DNA from: the human T2T-CHM13v2.0 reference genome, Homo sapiens
Strand: one strand, 5' to 3'
Length of the DNA stretch: 64,000 nucleotides
Assembly (NCBI RefSeq): GCF_009914755.1
Contig: NC_060931.1
A program made the translations under genes and the position numbers. A model generated the notes under the pieces. It had not been told where the DNA came from. It searched no databases and saw only the letters and a list, made by a program, of their open reading frames with translations. The stretch's first letter is position 1. Each line of letters opens with the position of its first letter. Positions 28,267 to 46,364 of this stretch are shown one piece after another.

Positions 28267-29123
28267 TGCATTAGTTCCCTAGGGCTGCAAAAAAGTATCA
28301 CAAATTGAGTGACTTGAACAATGGAAATTTATTATCTTAGAGATCTGGAAGTTAGAAGTGTGAGATCAAAGTGTTAGCAGGGTTGATTTCTTCTTAGGGT
28401 TGTGTTTTAATTCATTTTGCATTGCTAATACCTGAGGCTAGGTGATTTAGAAAGAAAATAAGTTTATTTGGTTCAGGCTTCTGCAGGGCGTATAAGCATG
28501 CTACCAGCATTTGCTAGGCTTCGACTGAGGCCTCAGAAATGTTTTACTCATGGTGGAAGTTGAAGGAGCAGCAGGTGTGTCACATGGTGAGAGAGGGAGA
28601 AAGAGAGATCCCAATTGTTTAAATTTGATTCTTTTAAACGATCAGATTTCATGTGAACTGAGCAAAAATTCACTCAGACCATGGGGAAGGCACCAAGACA
28701 TTCATGAGGGCTCTTCCCCCATGACCTAAACACTTTCCCCCAGGTGCCACCTTTAACAGTAGGGATCACACATCAACATTTGATTTGGAGGGGACGCACA
28801 TCCAAACCAAATCAGGTTGTGATGGAGAGTCTGTTTCATGCCTCTCTTCTAACTGCTGGTGCTTTTCCAGCAATCTGTGGTGTTCTTTGACTTGTAATTT
28901 AACACTCTGATCTCTGCTTTTATTTTGCCTGGTGGACATATCTGTATCTGTGTCTAAATTATTTCTTCTTATAAGGATTACAGTTACATTAGATTTAGGG
29001 ACCAGTCTAGCAACCTGATTTTAAGTTGTCTATCCCTGTAAATACCCCATTTCTCAAAGAGGTCACATTCTGAGGTACTTAGAGTGAGAACATCTTTTTG
29101 GTGGACATAATTCAACCTACACT
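28267..29123 (-). mobile_element. MLT1 (B/C-like) solo LTR split by a nested MST LTR
   Basis: tgcattagttccctagggctg...tcaaagtgttagcagggttg on the left resumes at 28815 (ggttgtgatggagagtctg...) and runs to acataattcaacc. Confidence 0.82.
28403..28814 (-). mobile_element. MSTB-like solo LTR nested in MLT1
   Basis: TG...CA termini with a perfect 5-bp TSD GGTTG (28398-28402 / 28815-28819). Confidence 0.9.
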
Positions 29124-29793
29124 ACCTTATGAAATATGATAAACACACAAAAGAAAACATTTATATATTAGCATATCTAGACATTTGCAGTATTTAACAG
29201 AAGGGCTAATCTTATGCCTCCACAATTCTAATACTAATATTTATCTTAAAGGTTAACTCACACAGGGATGCCATTTTAACATTCATTCATTAGAAATGGA
29301 TGATACTGAAACATTAATTCCACTAATAAAAATGAGTAAAAAAATGAAAACACCCTAATATTCCATAAGAGCTGTTTATTTTTTTAATTTAATTTAACTT
29401 TTTATTTCCAACTTTTATTTTAAATTCAGGGATACCTATGCAGGATGTGCAGCCTTGTTACATGGGTAAACGTGTGTGACGGTGGCTTGCTGCACAGATC
29501 ATCCCATCACCTAGATATTAAGCCTGGCATCCATTAGCTATTCTTCCTCATACTCTCCCCACTACTACCCAACCCCTACCCTGTGACAAGCCCCAGTGTG
29601 TGTTGTCTTCCACCATGTGTCCTTGTGTTCTCATTATTCAGTTCCACTTATAAGCAAGAACATGCGGTGTTTTGTTTTCTATTGCTGCATTAGTTTGCTG
29701 AGGATAATGGCTTCCAGCTCCATCTGTGTCCCTTCAAAGGACATGATCTCATTTCTTTTTATGGCTGTATAGTATCCCATGTTTTATAGGTAA

Positions 29794-30090
<297 letters not shown>

Positions 30091-32351
30091 GTACCATTTT
30101 TTTATCCAGTCTATTATGATGAGAAATTGGGTTGATTCCATGTCTTTGCTATTATGAATAGTGCTGCAGTGTATCTTTCTAATTGAATGATTTTATATTC
30201 CTTTGGGTATATTCCTTTGAGGGTATATATATATATTGGAATTGCTGCATCAAATGATATTTCTGGTTCTAGATCTTTGAGGAATTGCCACACTGTCTTC
30301 CACAATGGTTGAACCAATTTACACACCCAGTGTAAAAGTGTTCCTTTTTCTCCACAATCTTGCCAGCATCTGTTCTGTTGTTTCTGACTTTTTAATTGTA
30401 GCCATTCTGACTGGAGTAAGATGGTATCTCATTGTGATTTTGCTTGCATTTCTCTAATGATCAGTGATGTTGAGCTTTTTTTTCAGTTATTTGTTGGCCC
30501 CATTATGTCGTCTTTTGAGAAGTGTCTGTTCATATCCTTTGTCTACTTTTTAATGAGGTTATTGTAAATTTGTTTAAGTTCCTTATAGATGCTGGATATT
30601 AGACCTTTGTCAGGTGGATAGATTGCCAAAATTGTCTACCATTCTATAGGTTGTCTCTATACTTTGTTGATAGTTTCTTTTGCTATGCAGAAACTTTTTA
30701 GTTTAATTCGAGCCCAATTATCAAATTTTGCTTTTATTTCAATTGCTTTTGTCATCTTCATCATGAAGTCTTTGCCCATGCCTAAGAGCTGAATGGTAGT
30801 GCCCAGGTTTTCTTCTAGGAGTTTTATAGCTTTGCACTTTACATTTATGTCTTTAACCCACCTTCAGTTGATTTTTGTATATGTTGTAAGGAAGGGTTCC
30901 AATTTTAGTTTTCTGCATATGACTAGCCAGTTCTCCCAGCACCATTTATTTAATAGGGAATCTTTTCCCCAGTGCTTGTTTTTGTCAGTTTTGTTGAAGA
31001 TCAAATAGTTGTTGGCATGTAGTCTTATCTCTGTGTTCTTATTTCTTATTTGTTTATGTGCTTGTTCTCATAACAGTACCATGCTGTTTTGGTTACTGTA
31101 GTCCATTAATATAGTTTGAAGTCAGATACGGTAATGCCTCCAGTTTTGTTCTTTTTGCTTAGGATCACCTTGGCTATTTGGGCTAATTTTTGTTCCATAT
31201 TAATTTTAAAATAGGTTTTCTAATCCTGTGAAGAACGTCAATGGTAGTTTAATGGGAATAGCATTAAGTCTCTAAATTACTTTGGTCTGTATGGCCATTT
31301 TCACAATATTAATTCTTCCTATCCATGAGCATGGAATGTTTTTTTCTATTTGATTGTGTTATCTCTGATTTCTTTGAGCAGTGGTATGTAGTTCTCCTTG
31401 AAGAGTTTCTTTTCTTCCCTTCTTAGCTGGATTCCTAGGTATTTTATTCTTTTTGTGGCAATCACAAATGGGAATGCTAGCGATTTGTGCACATTGATTT
31501 TGTATCCTGAGACTTTGCTGATGTTGCTTATCAGCTTAAAAGGCTTTTGTCCTGAGATGATGGGGTTTTCTAGATATAGGATCATGTCATCTGCAAACAA
31601 AGATAGTTTGACTTCCCTTCTTCCTATTGGAATAACTTTTTTTTCTCTTGTCTAATTACCCTAGCCAGAGCTTCCAATACTATATGAAATAGGACTGGTG
31701 AAAGAAGGCATCCTTGACCCCACAGAACTACAAACAACTATTAGAGAATAATATTAATATCTCTACTCGCATAAACTAGAAAATCTGGAAGAGATGGATA
31801 AATTCATGTACACATATACCCTCCCAAAACTGAACCAGGAAGAAATCAAATCCCTGAATAGACCAATAATGAATTCTGAAATTGAGGCAGTGATAAATAG
31901 CCAACCAACTAATTAAGAAAAACCAAGGTCAGATGGATTCACAGCTGCGTTCTACCAGAGGTACAAAGAAGAACTGATACCATTCTTACTGAAACTATTC
32001 CAAGCAATTGAAAAGGAGGGATTCCTCCCTAATTCACTCTATAAAGCCAGCATCATCCTGATACCAAAACCTGGCAGAGATAAAACAAAAGTTCAGACCA
32101 ATATCCTTGATGAATATTGATGCAAAAATTCTCAACAAAATACCTGCAAACTGAATCCAGCAGCACATCCAAAAGTTTATCCACCATGATCAAGTTGTCT
32201 TCATGCAACGTTGGTTCAATATATGCAAATCAATAAATGTGATTCATCACATAAGTAGAACTAAAGAGAAAAACTACATGGTTATCTCGGTAAATGCAGA
32301 AAAGACCTTCGATAAAAATCAACGTCCCTTCAGGTTAAAAAGTCTCAATTA

Positions 32352-32643
32352 GGCAGTGCACGGTGGTTCACGCCTGTAATCCCAACACTTTGGGAGACCA
32401 AGGCAGGAGGATCATCTGAAGTCGGGAGTTCGAGATCAGCCTGACAAACATGGAGAAACCCCATCTTTACTAAAAATACAAAAAATTATCCAGGTATAGT
32501 GGTGCATGCCTGTAATCCCAGCCTCTCGGGAGGCTGAGGCAAGAGAATCGCTTGAACACAGGAGGTGGAGGTTGTGGTGAGCCAAGATCACGCCGTTGCA
32601 CTACAGCCTGGGCAACAAAAACTCCGTCTCAAAAAAAAAAAGA
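32352..32643 (+). mobile_element. AluSp nested in the inverted L1 segment
   Basis: gtcgggag and aacatggagaaacc diagnostics. TSD AAAAAG(T/C)CTCAATTA at 32337-32351 / 32644-32658. Confidence 0.92.
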
Positions 32644-32802
32644 AAAAAGCCTCAATTAACTAGGTATTTAAAGGACAGGGACGTACTTCAAAATAATAAG
32701 GGACATGTATGACAAACGCACAGCCAATATTATACTGAATGGGCAAACGCTGGAAGCATTCCCCTTGAAAACTGGCACAAGAGCTGTTTAAATACATTAT
32801 GA

Positions 32803-33066
<264 letters not shown>

Positions 33067-33534
33067 TAAGAGAATGAGATCAAAGATGGAAAACTTTTGA
33101 GGATAGCGGAGTTAAAAATCAAGTTTCAAAGCACAAATTGTGTGTGCCTAGAAAATAGCCACAATTCTGTCATTCAGATTCTTAATATGATTATTTCCAG
33201 GGAGCGAGAAACAGCTGGTTCAGATCAAAGGGGTAGTGGAGTACATGCCAGAAAATGCATTTTACTTTTGACTTTATTTATGTTTGAAATGATTAAATTA
33301 ACTGTTTTCATAACAAACAGGACTTACCATTAAACAATGGGGAAGAAAAAAAGCTTATAGAGATTGCTGGGGTTTTTTTTATTAAACATCTCTTAAAGTA
33401 AAAAATTCAGTGGGTTTTTATTGTTGAATGAAAATTTATCTATGTCTTATAAAAAATAATGGGGATTATACTTCCTCCTATGCCTCAGGGACTAATCTTC
33501 ACCAAATCATTTATTTGCAGAGTCTGAAATTATA

Positions 33535-33695
33535 GCATTCATTTATATTACTGAGCTCCTTCTATGTTCCAGGAATTGTTATGGAGCCCCTAGTGTGCTC
33601 CAGTCATTATTTTGTGTGCTTGAGATAAAGCAAAAAACAAGATTGGCAAGAGGCAAAATTTCCTGTCCTCATGGAACTTATATTTTAGGGGAGGA
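33535..33695 (-). mobile_element. L2 3' remnant
   Basis: cattcattt...tactgagctccttctatgttccagg...cctgtcctcatggaacttatattttagggg. Confidence 0.6.
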
Positions 33696-33985
33696 GTGAT
33701 TAAAAATATGACTGTAACAGACACTTACAGGACATTCTACCCAACAACTACAGATTAAAAGTAAAAGGATGAAGAAAGATGCACCATGCTAACACTACTT
33801 TTAAAGCTGAAGTATTTTTATTAGTTTCAGACAAACTATACTGACTTCAGAAACAAAAAACTAATTAGAGATAATAAGCAGCTTTACGAAAGATAAAGGA
33901 ATTGATTTTCAAGAATCCAATACGATTGTAGGTGTGTGTGTAACTAACAGTATACCATCAAAATATTTTAGAAATAAAAGAAGAA

Positions 33986-34293
<308 letters not shown>

Positions 34294-34865
34294 TTATTAT
34301 AATCAAAGACTTCAACACCTTTCTTGATAGATAAAGCAGATTTAAAAAAAAAATGACCTGAACACCACTGTCAACTTGATCTCCTGGGCCTTTGTAGGAT
34401 ACTCCATTTAACAATAGCATAATACACATTTTTCTGAAGCTCAAGCGGATCACATATGAAGATAACCACATTCTGACCCATATAATGCACTTAAACACAT
34501 TTAGAAGAAAAGAAATCATACAAAGTATGCTGTCAGAACATGATAGCATTAAACAGTAAATCAATAACAGAAGAAGAGCTAGAAAACCCTCAAGTATTTG
34601 GAAATTAACACACATCTAAATAACACATGGGATAAAAAAGAAGTCTCACGGAAAATAAAGTAGATAAAAATAAAAATTAACTTACCAATATTTGTTAGTG
34701 TAACAAATATATTACACAGGGTCAAATTTGTAGTCTTAAGTGCACACTTTAGAAATAAATAAAGATTTGAAATCAATAATTTAAACTTTTACCACACAAA
34801 ATCAAAGAAAAATTTAAACTTAAAGAATATAGGGGAAAATAAATCATAAAAATTAACATGGGAAT

Positions 34866-35130
34866 AGAAAACCAAATGCTGCATATTCTCACTTATAAGT
34901 GAGAGCTAAGCATTAAGCGTACATAGATATGAAGATGGGTACAATAGAACCTGGGGACTACTAGAGAGGAAGGGGAGAAAGAGGGGTGTCAGCTGAACAA
35001 TGACCTATTGGATTCTATGCTCACTACCTGGACGATGGTATCATCCATACCCCAAACCTCAGTATCACATAGCATACCCATGTAACAAACCTCATGAGTA
35101 CCCCCAAATCTAAAATAAAATTAATTTTTT
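34866..35130 (+). mobile_element. L1PA16/L1PB-like 3'-end fragment nested in L1MC
   Basis: gaaaaccaaatgctgcatattctcacttataagtg...ccccaaacctcag...cccatgtaacaaacct...tctaaaataaaa. Confidence 0.82.
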
Positions 35131-35249
35131 TAAATTAAAGCAGAAATGAATGAAATTGAAAACAGGAAAGCAATAGAGAAAATCAATAAAACCAAATGTT
35201 GGTTCCTTAAACAGGTAAATAAAACTGATATACTTCCTGTGAGGCTAAT

Positions 35250-35338
35250 GAAGGAAGAAGGAAAAGAAGAAGAAGGAGAAGAAAATGAGGAAAGGAGAAA
35301 AGAAGAAGGGAGAGGAGGAGTGGGAAGAGAAGAAGAAT
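35250..35338 (+). repeat. GA-rich (GAA/GGA)n low-complexity tract
   Basis: Read directly from the sequence. Confidence 0.85.
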
Positions 35339-35987
35339 TATTTAAAATTCCTATTTCAGAAATGAAAGAGATGTCATTACTAATAATTCATGACATTCAT
35401 AGGATAATATGAGTATACTATAAACAACTTTATGCTAATATAGTTGATAATTTAGGTGAAATGGATCAATTCCTTCAATGACAAAAAGCAGCAAAACCCA
35501 AACAATAACCTGACGAATAGTGCCAGGTCCAGATGCGCTCACCAGTGATTCTTTGAAATAATTATAAAGTAAATGCTATGAATTTTTTTTCTGGAAATTA
35601 GAAGCTTAGAGGACACTTCTAACTCATTATATGAGTTCTGCCTTACCCTAATACCAAAAACAGATAACAGTGTTTAAATAACAGAAAACTATAGAAAAAT
35701 ATACCTCAAGAACATAGACTTATATGTTCAACAAAATAACAATAAATTCACCAATATATAGAAGAATTATACATCATGCCACGTAGGATTATTTCTGGCA
35801 TGCAAGACCAGTTAATAATTCAAAACTCAATTAATGGAATCCACTACTCCAACTAACTTAAAATAGAGTATTCAGGTCCAAATCTAACTAAATATGTACA
35901 GGGGCTATGTGAGAAACTATAAAATAATAATAAAAATTCAAAGTTCTAAATATTTGGAGATACCTTTCATGTTCACAGATCGGAATA

Positions 35988-36430
<443 letters not shown>

Positions 36431-36593
36431 CAATACTTTTATGATGGCAATTTTTCCCAACTTGATGTGTACCATCAATGCAATACCAAAACACAATCCA
36501 GAAAATTATATTGTGAGAATCAGTGAACTAATTCTAAAGTTTATATGGAGAGGCAAAAGGCCTAGAATGACCAACAAATACTAAAGAAGACTG

Positions 36594-36935
<342 letters not shown>

Positions 36936-38478
36936 CTATTCCATTTCAAAGCTCACTGTAAATTTATGTGCATTGGCGAAAGAAGAAACATATATCATAG
37001 TAAATGATCATAAAGTCTATATTTAGAATGATACAAACATAGACAACTATTCAACAAAAGAGAAGACAAAATTAATAAAGAAAGGTAAACTTTGTATAAG
37101 TTGTTCTGGGATATTTGGACATCCATATGAAAAACAAACAAACATATCTGGACACAGAACTTACACCTTACACAGAAATTAACTCAAAATCAATTACAGA
37201 CCTAAATGTATAATGCAAAGCTGTACCATTTTAAATAAAAATCAGTAAAAAATTGACATGATTTTGGATTTGTCAATTAACTTGTAGACACAACACCAAT
37301 AATATGCTGCATGAAAGAACAAAACGATGATAGGTAAACTTTATTAAAATTATTAACTACTGCACTGTGAAAGTGTAAAGAGAATTAAAAACCAGCTACA
37401 CTGTAGGAGAAAATACTTGCAAAACATATCTGATAAAAGATTTGTATCCAAAATAGATAAATTTTAAAATTCAATAATTAAAAATAAAAAATGGGCAAAA
37501 TTCTGATACCTAAATGGATAATATATACAAACTGTAGATAAGCATAGGAAAAGATGCTCCACATTATTAGTCATTAGACAAATGCAAATTAAAACCAAAA
37601 TGAGATACTACTACATACCTATCACAATGAAAAAAAAATCTAACCATGCCATTATGCATAGCAACAGAGTCTCTTATTCATAGCTGTTGAAAATGTAAAG
37701 TGATACAACCACTTTGAAAAACAGTTTGACAGTTTTTACAAAGTTAAGCAAATCTTACCATACAATCTTGTCATTATGCTCCTAGGAAATTACCCATCTG
37801 ATTTAAAAATTATATCCATGCAAAAGTCTGCCTGTTAACATTTAAAGCAGCATTACTCATAAACAACAAAAACCAGAGGCAACAAAGATGTCCTTCAATA
37901 AGAGAAAGTCTAAATTAACCACAGTTCATCCATACAATGGTGTATTATTTTTCAGTAAAAAATACTGTGCTATCAATCATTAAAAAGCATAGATGAATCT
38001 TGAATGCATGATGCTAAATGAAAGCAGCCAGTCTAAAAACTGCATACTATGGTTGTAATGACAGGACATTATAGAAAAGGCAGAACATAGAAATAGTATA
38101 ATTAACAGTGATTGTCAGTGGCTAGTGGTTTGGGGTTGAAGGAACATTGAATAGGTGAAGCATAGATTTTTCATAGGCTGGTGAAACTATTCTGTATTAT
38201 ACTGTAATGGTAAAGAAAAGATATTAAGCATTTATTAAATCTAAAACTTTATAGCCCCCAAACGTAAACCTTACTGTATTCACATTTAACATATCATTTG
38301 TGTAGCTGGAGATCTCAAGATGAATACGGAATATGAAAAAGGCTCTAAGTGTATTACAAATTTATAAATGCGATGGGAAGAAGGTGCTAATCTAAGAAAA
38401 CTTAGAAATGAGTAGTGATTGTAAAATGAAAGGTAAAAATAACTATACATAGCACTCTACTTGATAAAGTTGCTTTTC

Positions 38479-38830
<352 letters not shown>

Positions 38831-39464
38831 CACGATAAAGTTGTTTTTCCTAAGGGCAAAGCTAGAGCAGTTTTGAAAGCACCATATATGCATACTGAAA
38901 TTAAGCAAGTATGGGAATGGATGCCAGATAGAGAGAATTAGGTTTCTCACTGTTGGAATTGGAGGTTAGACTTGAGCAAATTGAAAACGCTATAATTATC
39001 AATGCCTTAATGAATTAGAGCTGAAGAAACCAGTATGGAATGTTCAGATTAATATAGGTAAAAATGTTTACATACAGAAATATTTATAGATATATTTTTG
39101 TACATGGTTTATTATACACACATACATGCCTCTGCTCTGTCAGCTTAGAGGGCCTAGAAGAAACAACACTTTTCTTTCCACTCTCAGTCTTATTCAGCCT
39201 GGTCTCTTTTGCCAGGAATGAAGACTCATTGCATATAATGTAGAAACAGACATGCTTAAATGCATTCACATGGAATGGGGGCCTATATAGGATGATCAAA
39301 CACATCTAATAAAGAATCAAATTTAACTTCTAGAAATCAAAAGAAAAAATGAAAGGAGTATGTTCTTTAAATGAAGAGGGAACATGGGTGAATAGGCAGG
39401 AAAACTCCCAATATGCTTTAGAATACTAACCACTCAGATGTACAAAGCCACCTAGTAAAGACAG

Positions 39465-39600
39465 AATATATATATACACACACACACACACATATATACA
39501 CATATATATGAATCTATATATTCAGAATATATGTATATATATATTCAGAATATATGTATATACATATATATACACATATATGAATATATATATAATCATA
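39465..39600 (+). repeat. (TA)n/(CA)n compound microsatellite
   Basis: Read directly; includes two copies of tatatattcagaatatatgta. Confidence 0.9.
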
Positions 39601-40866
39601 ATTTAATGGTGGATTAATGCCCAGCTCAGTGCTTATTATCTCATCGTGATTTGTCTTAAAGAAGAGACTCTCTCATTCTCATAAAGTAGATGGGAGTGGA
39701 ATTCTGCTTCATTCATGGGAGATCTTTCAGATAATTGACTATTTCTACTAGTATTATTACTGTTATTAACTCCTGGTAAACGTAATGTTCACCTATTAGT
39801 AAATAATACTCTTGAATTCAGAATTAGAATCTATAAATCTCAATTGTATAGTTTCTTCAAGAATATATGTTCAAGCTCTTGAATTAAACACGGAGATTCT
39901 AATTAATCCAACTAGTAGAAATAAGCATAATATAATTTCTAAAAAGAAAACAACAATCTTAAAAGAACAAGTTCTCCTGTAGCTCCAAAGAACAATTTTA
40001 ATTTCTCTCTTCATATTAAAATTCAAAAGAGAGAGTATGCAAAAGCTTTACAAATCGCTCACATTTTTGATCCATTTTAGTAAGAACTTGAAAAGAAGAG
40101 CAGTTTAAAAAAACAATGATTTCTATGCTTGTGTAACATTAGCTGTTTCTTGGAGATAATATTTTCATTCAATTATGTCTGCAAGCACCATAACTTCTAT
40201 TGATGAACATGGATTGACATCGTTGTTTAAGCCTATAATGACCTAAATGTTACACAGAATACAATTTTCCTCTTCATTTACCTTAATTTATTCTAGTTGT
40301 AAATGCCATTGACTTTCATGATTACAGAATAAATCTCGCTGTAGGATCAATTACTACTGTTTAGAATAAAACTTCAGTTGCTTTTTAAATGATATCCACT
40401 GGGTATTCCATTTTAATTTAGCATAGCTTTTACAAAAATACTGGATCTCTAATGAATGACATACACGATTGTATCTGAGCCATTTTATATGTAATTATTG
40501 AAATTACGATAAACTTATTTTTCCTTAAAATTCATTAATTTCACCATTTAAAAATATATACATACCTAAGCATATGCTTCCAGGGCTTATTATGTAAATT
40601 ACCTATTTGTTGTTAGAAACTTTTTTTTTTTTGCAAAATAAGAATGTATATTTCTATATGTCTGAAATTTTCTAATTGATTTTCTTCTCTTCCTGAGAAA
40701 GACTAAGATCATTTAATAACTTTTGTCATCACTAATTATAATTAAAATACTTTCATTGTTCCAAGTAAAATTAAAGTTAAAAAGCAAGTCAATTATCAGG
40801 AAACAACCTTACATACATCTTTCACTTAACACAAATATGAACTTACACATACATAGTATTTTAAAC

Positions 40867-41168
40867 AAATGGTTTTCAAGCTTTTTAGTCTCCAAATCAC
40901 TTTACTCTGTAAATAAATTATTGTGGAGCAAAAAGGGCTTTTGTTGATAGGGTTGATATCTATCAATATTTATCACATTAGGAATTAAAGCAGAGAAATT
41001 TTATAAAAATATGTATGCATACATTACACTAGCTTTAAAAGCAGTGGCCTAACCACATTGTCATTTTTGTGTAGCTTCTGGAAAACTATTGTTCACTGAA
41101 AAGAAAAGGCAGTTTCAAACAACTGAAACGTTCTTGAAATCTCCACACCACCAACTTGAGAATATTTG
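40867..41168. mobile_element. hAT-Charlie element (Charlie4a/MER80-like), internally deleted
   Basis: aatggttttcaagctttttagtctc...aaagggcttttgtt...atatctatcaatattta...aattaaagcagagaaatttt, ending acttgagaatatttg. Confidence 0.6.
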
Positions 41169-41466
41169 CTTTACTTTAATGTAAACAGTAGTTTTATTAA
41201 ACTCTAGTTTAACTTTGAATATGAATGTCTATTAATTGTTATAGGCTATAGCATATCTATATATACTATCTCTTATAAAGTTTCAAATGACATTTTTCTT
41301 TACATAATACCTCTAAAAGCACAATATATTGCTTTAAAATCATTTGTTTTTCTTGATCGGATAAATGTGACTAAGAAGGAGGAGGAACAGCTTTTGTTAA
41401 AGAAGATACGGTTTTAAACCTCACAGAAATTTTAAATCTTACCCTCAGATGCTAAAGTGTCATTTT

Positions 41467-43777
<2,311 letters not shown>

Positions 43778-44101
43778 TAAAGCGTCATTTTAAATGCTAC
43801 CATGATTATTGTTTTATCCATATTGTTTTAAAACTTTAGTTACATGCCATCAGTTGTTTGTTGACAGATATCATTTACTCAAATGTTTCTTCTGAGCAAA
43901 TAAAGAAAACTTCACGTTTTAAAATGTGATTACAAATTTTCTATTAAAATTTAGATTACATACTGTTAATCATTAGCTCAATGGATAAACTGCTAGTTTT
44001 GGAGAAAAAGGAAAAATAAAACAATAATATATATTTGTATGTGTGTAATAAATATATGTAATTCCACAAATGTGTGTATATATGTATAGATATCTAGATG
44101 C

Positions 44102-44151
44102 AGATAGATAGATAGATATAGATAGATAATAGATAGATAGATAGATAGATG
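44102..44151 (+). repeat. (GATA)n tetranucleotide microsatellite
   Basis: Read directly from the sequence. Confidence 0.92.
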
Positions 44152-45574
44152 AGAGTTGTGTTTATACTAATGTAATGTAGAAAAATTAAATGCCTAACTG
44201 CTTTTCAGTAAATGTATTTCTGTTCTACCACTAGTACCCTAAGTAACTGACATTGCATTAACAATGGAATGAAATAAAAGGCTTGTTTATTGCAGGAATA
44301 TCAGGATTGTCAAAGTTATTGATAATAGGGATTAAAAGTAAGTTTTAGAAGGAAAAGAGCAGAGATTATGAGAATATTTAAAAGGAAACTAATCATTTAG
44401 ACTGGGTGACAATTGGGCAGTGAAGAGGAAATAATATTTCAAATAATCTGATAGATGAGTAGACACTGGCCAGTGCATAGATGGAATGATCTTTCTTACA
44501 GAGAAGAAAGCTGACATCAGAGAGTATTTACATAAAGCTCACAAAGGTTGCCAATGACTAGGGTGAATATGTTCAGAGTGACATAAGAAGAGACTGCAGA
44601 GGTAAGCAGATATTAGATATCAAAAGAGTGTGGGTAATTTTTTCTCTATATTTATATTCAAAACGATGTAACACTGTTCTCCTATGACACACAAATTGTA
44701 TGTGTTTTTGAACATGAAGGGTGATAAAATTATGAACTAACTGAAGATGTAAGTGCAGACTAGGAACAAGACCTATCCTAGGCAAACCAATTCATAAGCT
44801 ATGTTACATATAATTGCTGTTGTCAGTGTTGTCATGACTATAATTTAATATGCCCATAGTCTTTAATTCTACTCAAATTTATAGCCTATTTGTGGGAAGG
44901 GAGTAAAATATTTATTAGGGAATTAGGAAACAGACACTGGCCGAAGTATTATAATATACAGAATATTAAATATATGTTAATTTTGTTATTTTACTCTTTT
45001 CTCAGAAAGTTGGCTTTTTCTTTTTAAGACTACAAACAAATCTAGTTTTTATTCATAAAATTCTAAAAAGGCATATTTATCAAAGTCACTTTTCCCCTGG
45101 CTTCCATGTCTGGTATACATGTATTCAGAAACATGCTTAATACATTGTTGATATCTATAATTATCCAGCTTGATCATTTTATCTAAACAGAAATAGATAA
45201 AAGTAAAATACTAACACATGCTTTCATTGCATTTGCATAAATGTCAAGTAGACCTACTAAACATCTATCAAGGCATACTCCCTTGTAAGGGTGATTATCA
45301 GAAGCTGACAAACAATGGTTTTTTAGAGCTGTGAAATTTTGACTATCTTCCTAGTTCATGTTTATTCCCTTTGAAATACATTAGTAGCTGAAGTTGTTTG
45401 TCAGTCTTGATTCTTGCCACCAGGAACACAATTTTTTTTTAAAAGAAAAACTTTATCTGAAAAAAAAATTAACAAGTTAAATTTTTTTTTAAAAAAAGAC
45501 ATGAAGGTCAATCACATGAATAAATAAAAGGGGGGAAGCAAAGCAATTTAAAAACTAATTTTCATGAATAATTA

Positions 45575-45900
45575 GGGTAAATGGCAGAGTAAGGACTTCT
45601 GGAAATTCTTTTACAAAAGCATTACTAAAACTGACAAAACAAAATATTAGAATTAACTTCTTCAGAACTCTAGAAAATTTGTCAAAGGTTTGCAGCCATT
45701 CAGGGAGTGTTTATTCAAACACACACAAAAAAAACAGCCGAGTTTTGGTAAGAACAGACAGATTCATGATGTTTTAATTTGTTCTATTCCCATATCACCC
45801 TGTCTAGCCCTATAGTAGCCATAAAAACCAACAGACCATAATTATGGTGAAGCCAATTGCCTGGCAGCCACCAATGGGAACAGAATGGAATTGCAACTAC
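45575..45900 (+). mobile_element. Old L1M (L1MC/L1MD-type) 5'UTR fragment
   Basis: aaatggcagagtaaggac...aattaacttcttcagaactctagaaa...caaaggtttgcagc...ggtaagaacag resembles recalled L1M4-type 5' ends. Confidence 0.55.
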
Positions 45901-46364
45901 TTTTGAGACTGCCTAGAGCTAAGGAAGAAAGTAGTCAGTCAGTCAGTAGAGTAATCATCTGTGAATCATCTGATACCTGGGGATGAGGGCCAATTACAGT
46001 GTAAAATTGAGATGATTAAGTGAAATTGGAGTAAAACCTTTATAGAGCTATGGGAATTAACCTAGAGCTTTCCAGACAAATAGAAAAGGAGTAATGGCTC
46101 TAAAGTGAGGAGTGCTGACATTTCCCAACAACAGCAAGTTCCAGGAAGGGAGTGGATGGGTAGTCAGGGAGTGTTAAAAGAGATCAGTGAGTTAGGTTCA
46201 GAGGTAGGAAGATAATAACAATTAACTGCTGATTTTATGTAGAAAATTGGACTAAAATACCTTGAATATATAAATATGAATGTCTTTGATTCATAAAACT
46301 TGAAATTCAATTTTTAATTGAGGTAAAATATACTATCAATTTCATATTTCTTTTGCTCTTAGCA

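Noticed and set aside
35146-35412. Glu-rich ORF
   Set aside because: L1 ORF2 remnant read through a GA-rich microsatellite.
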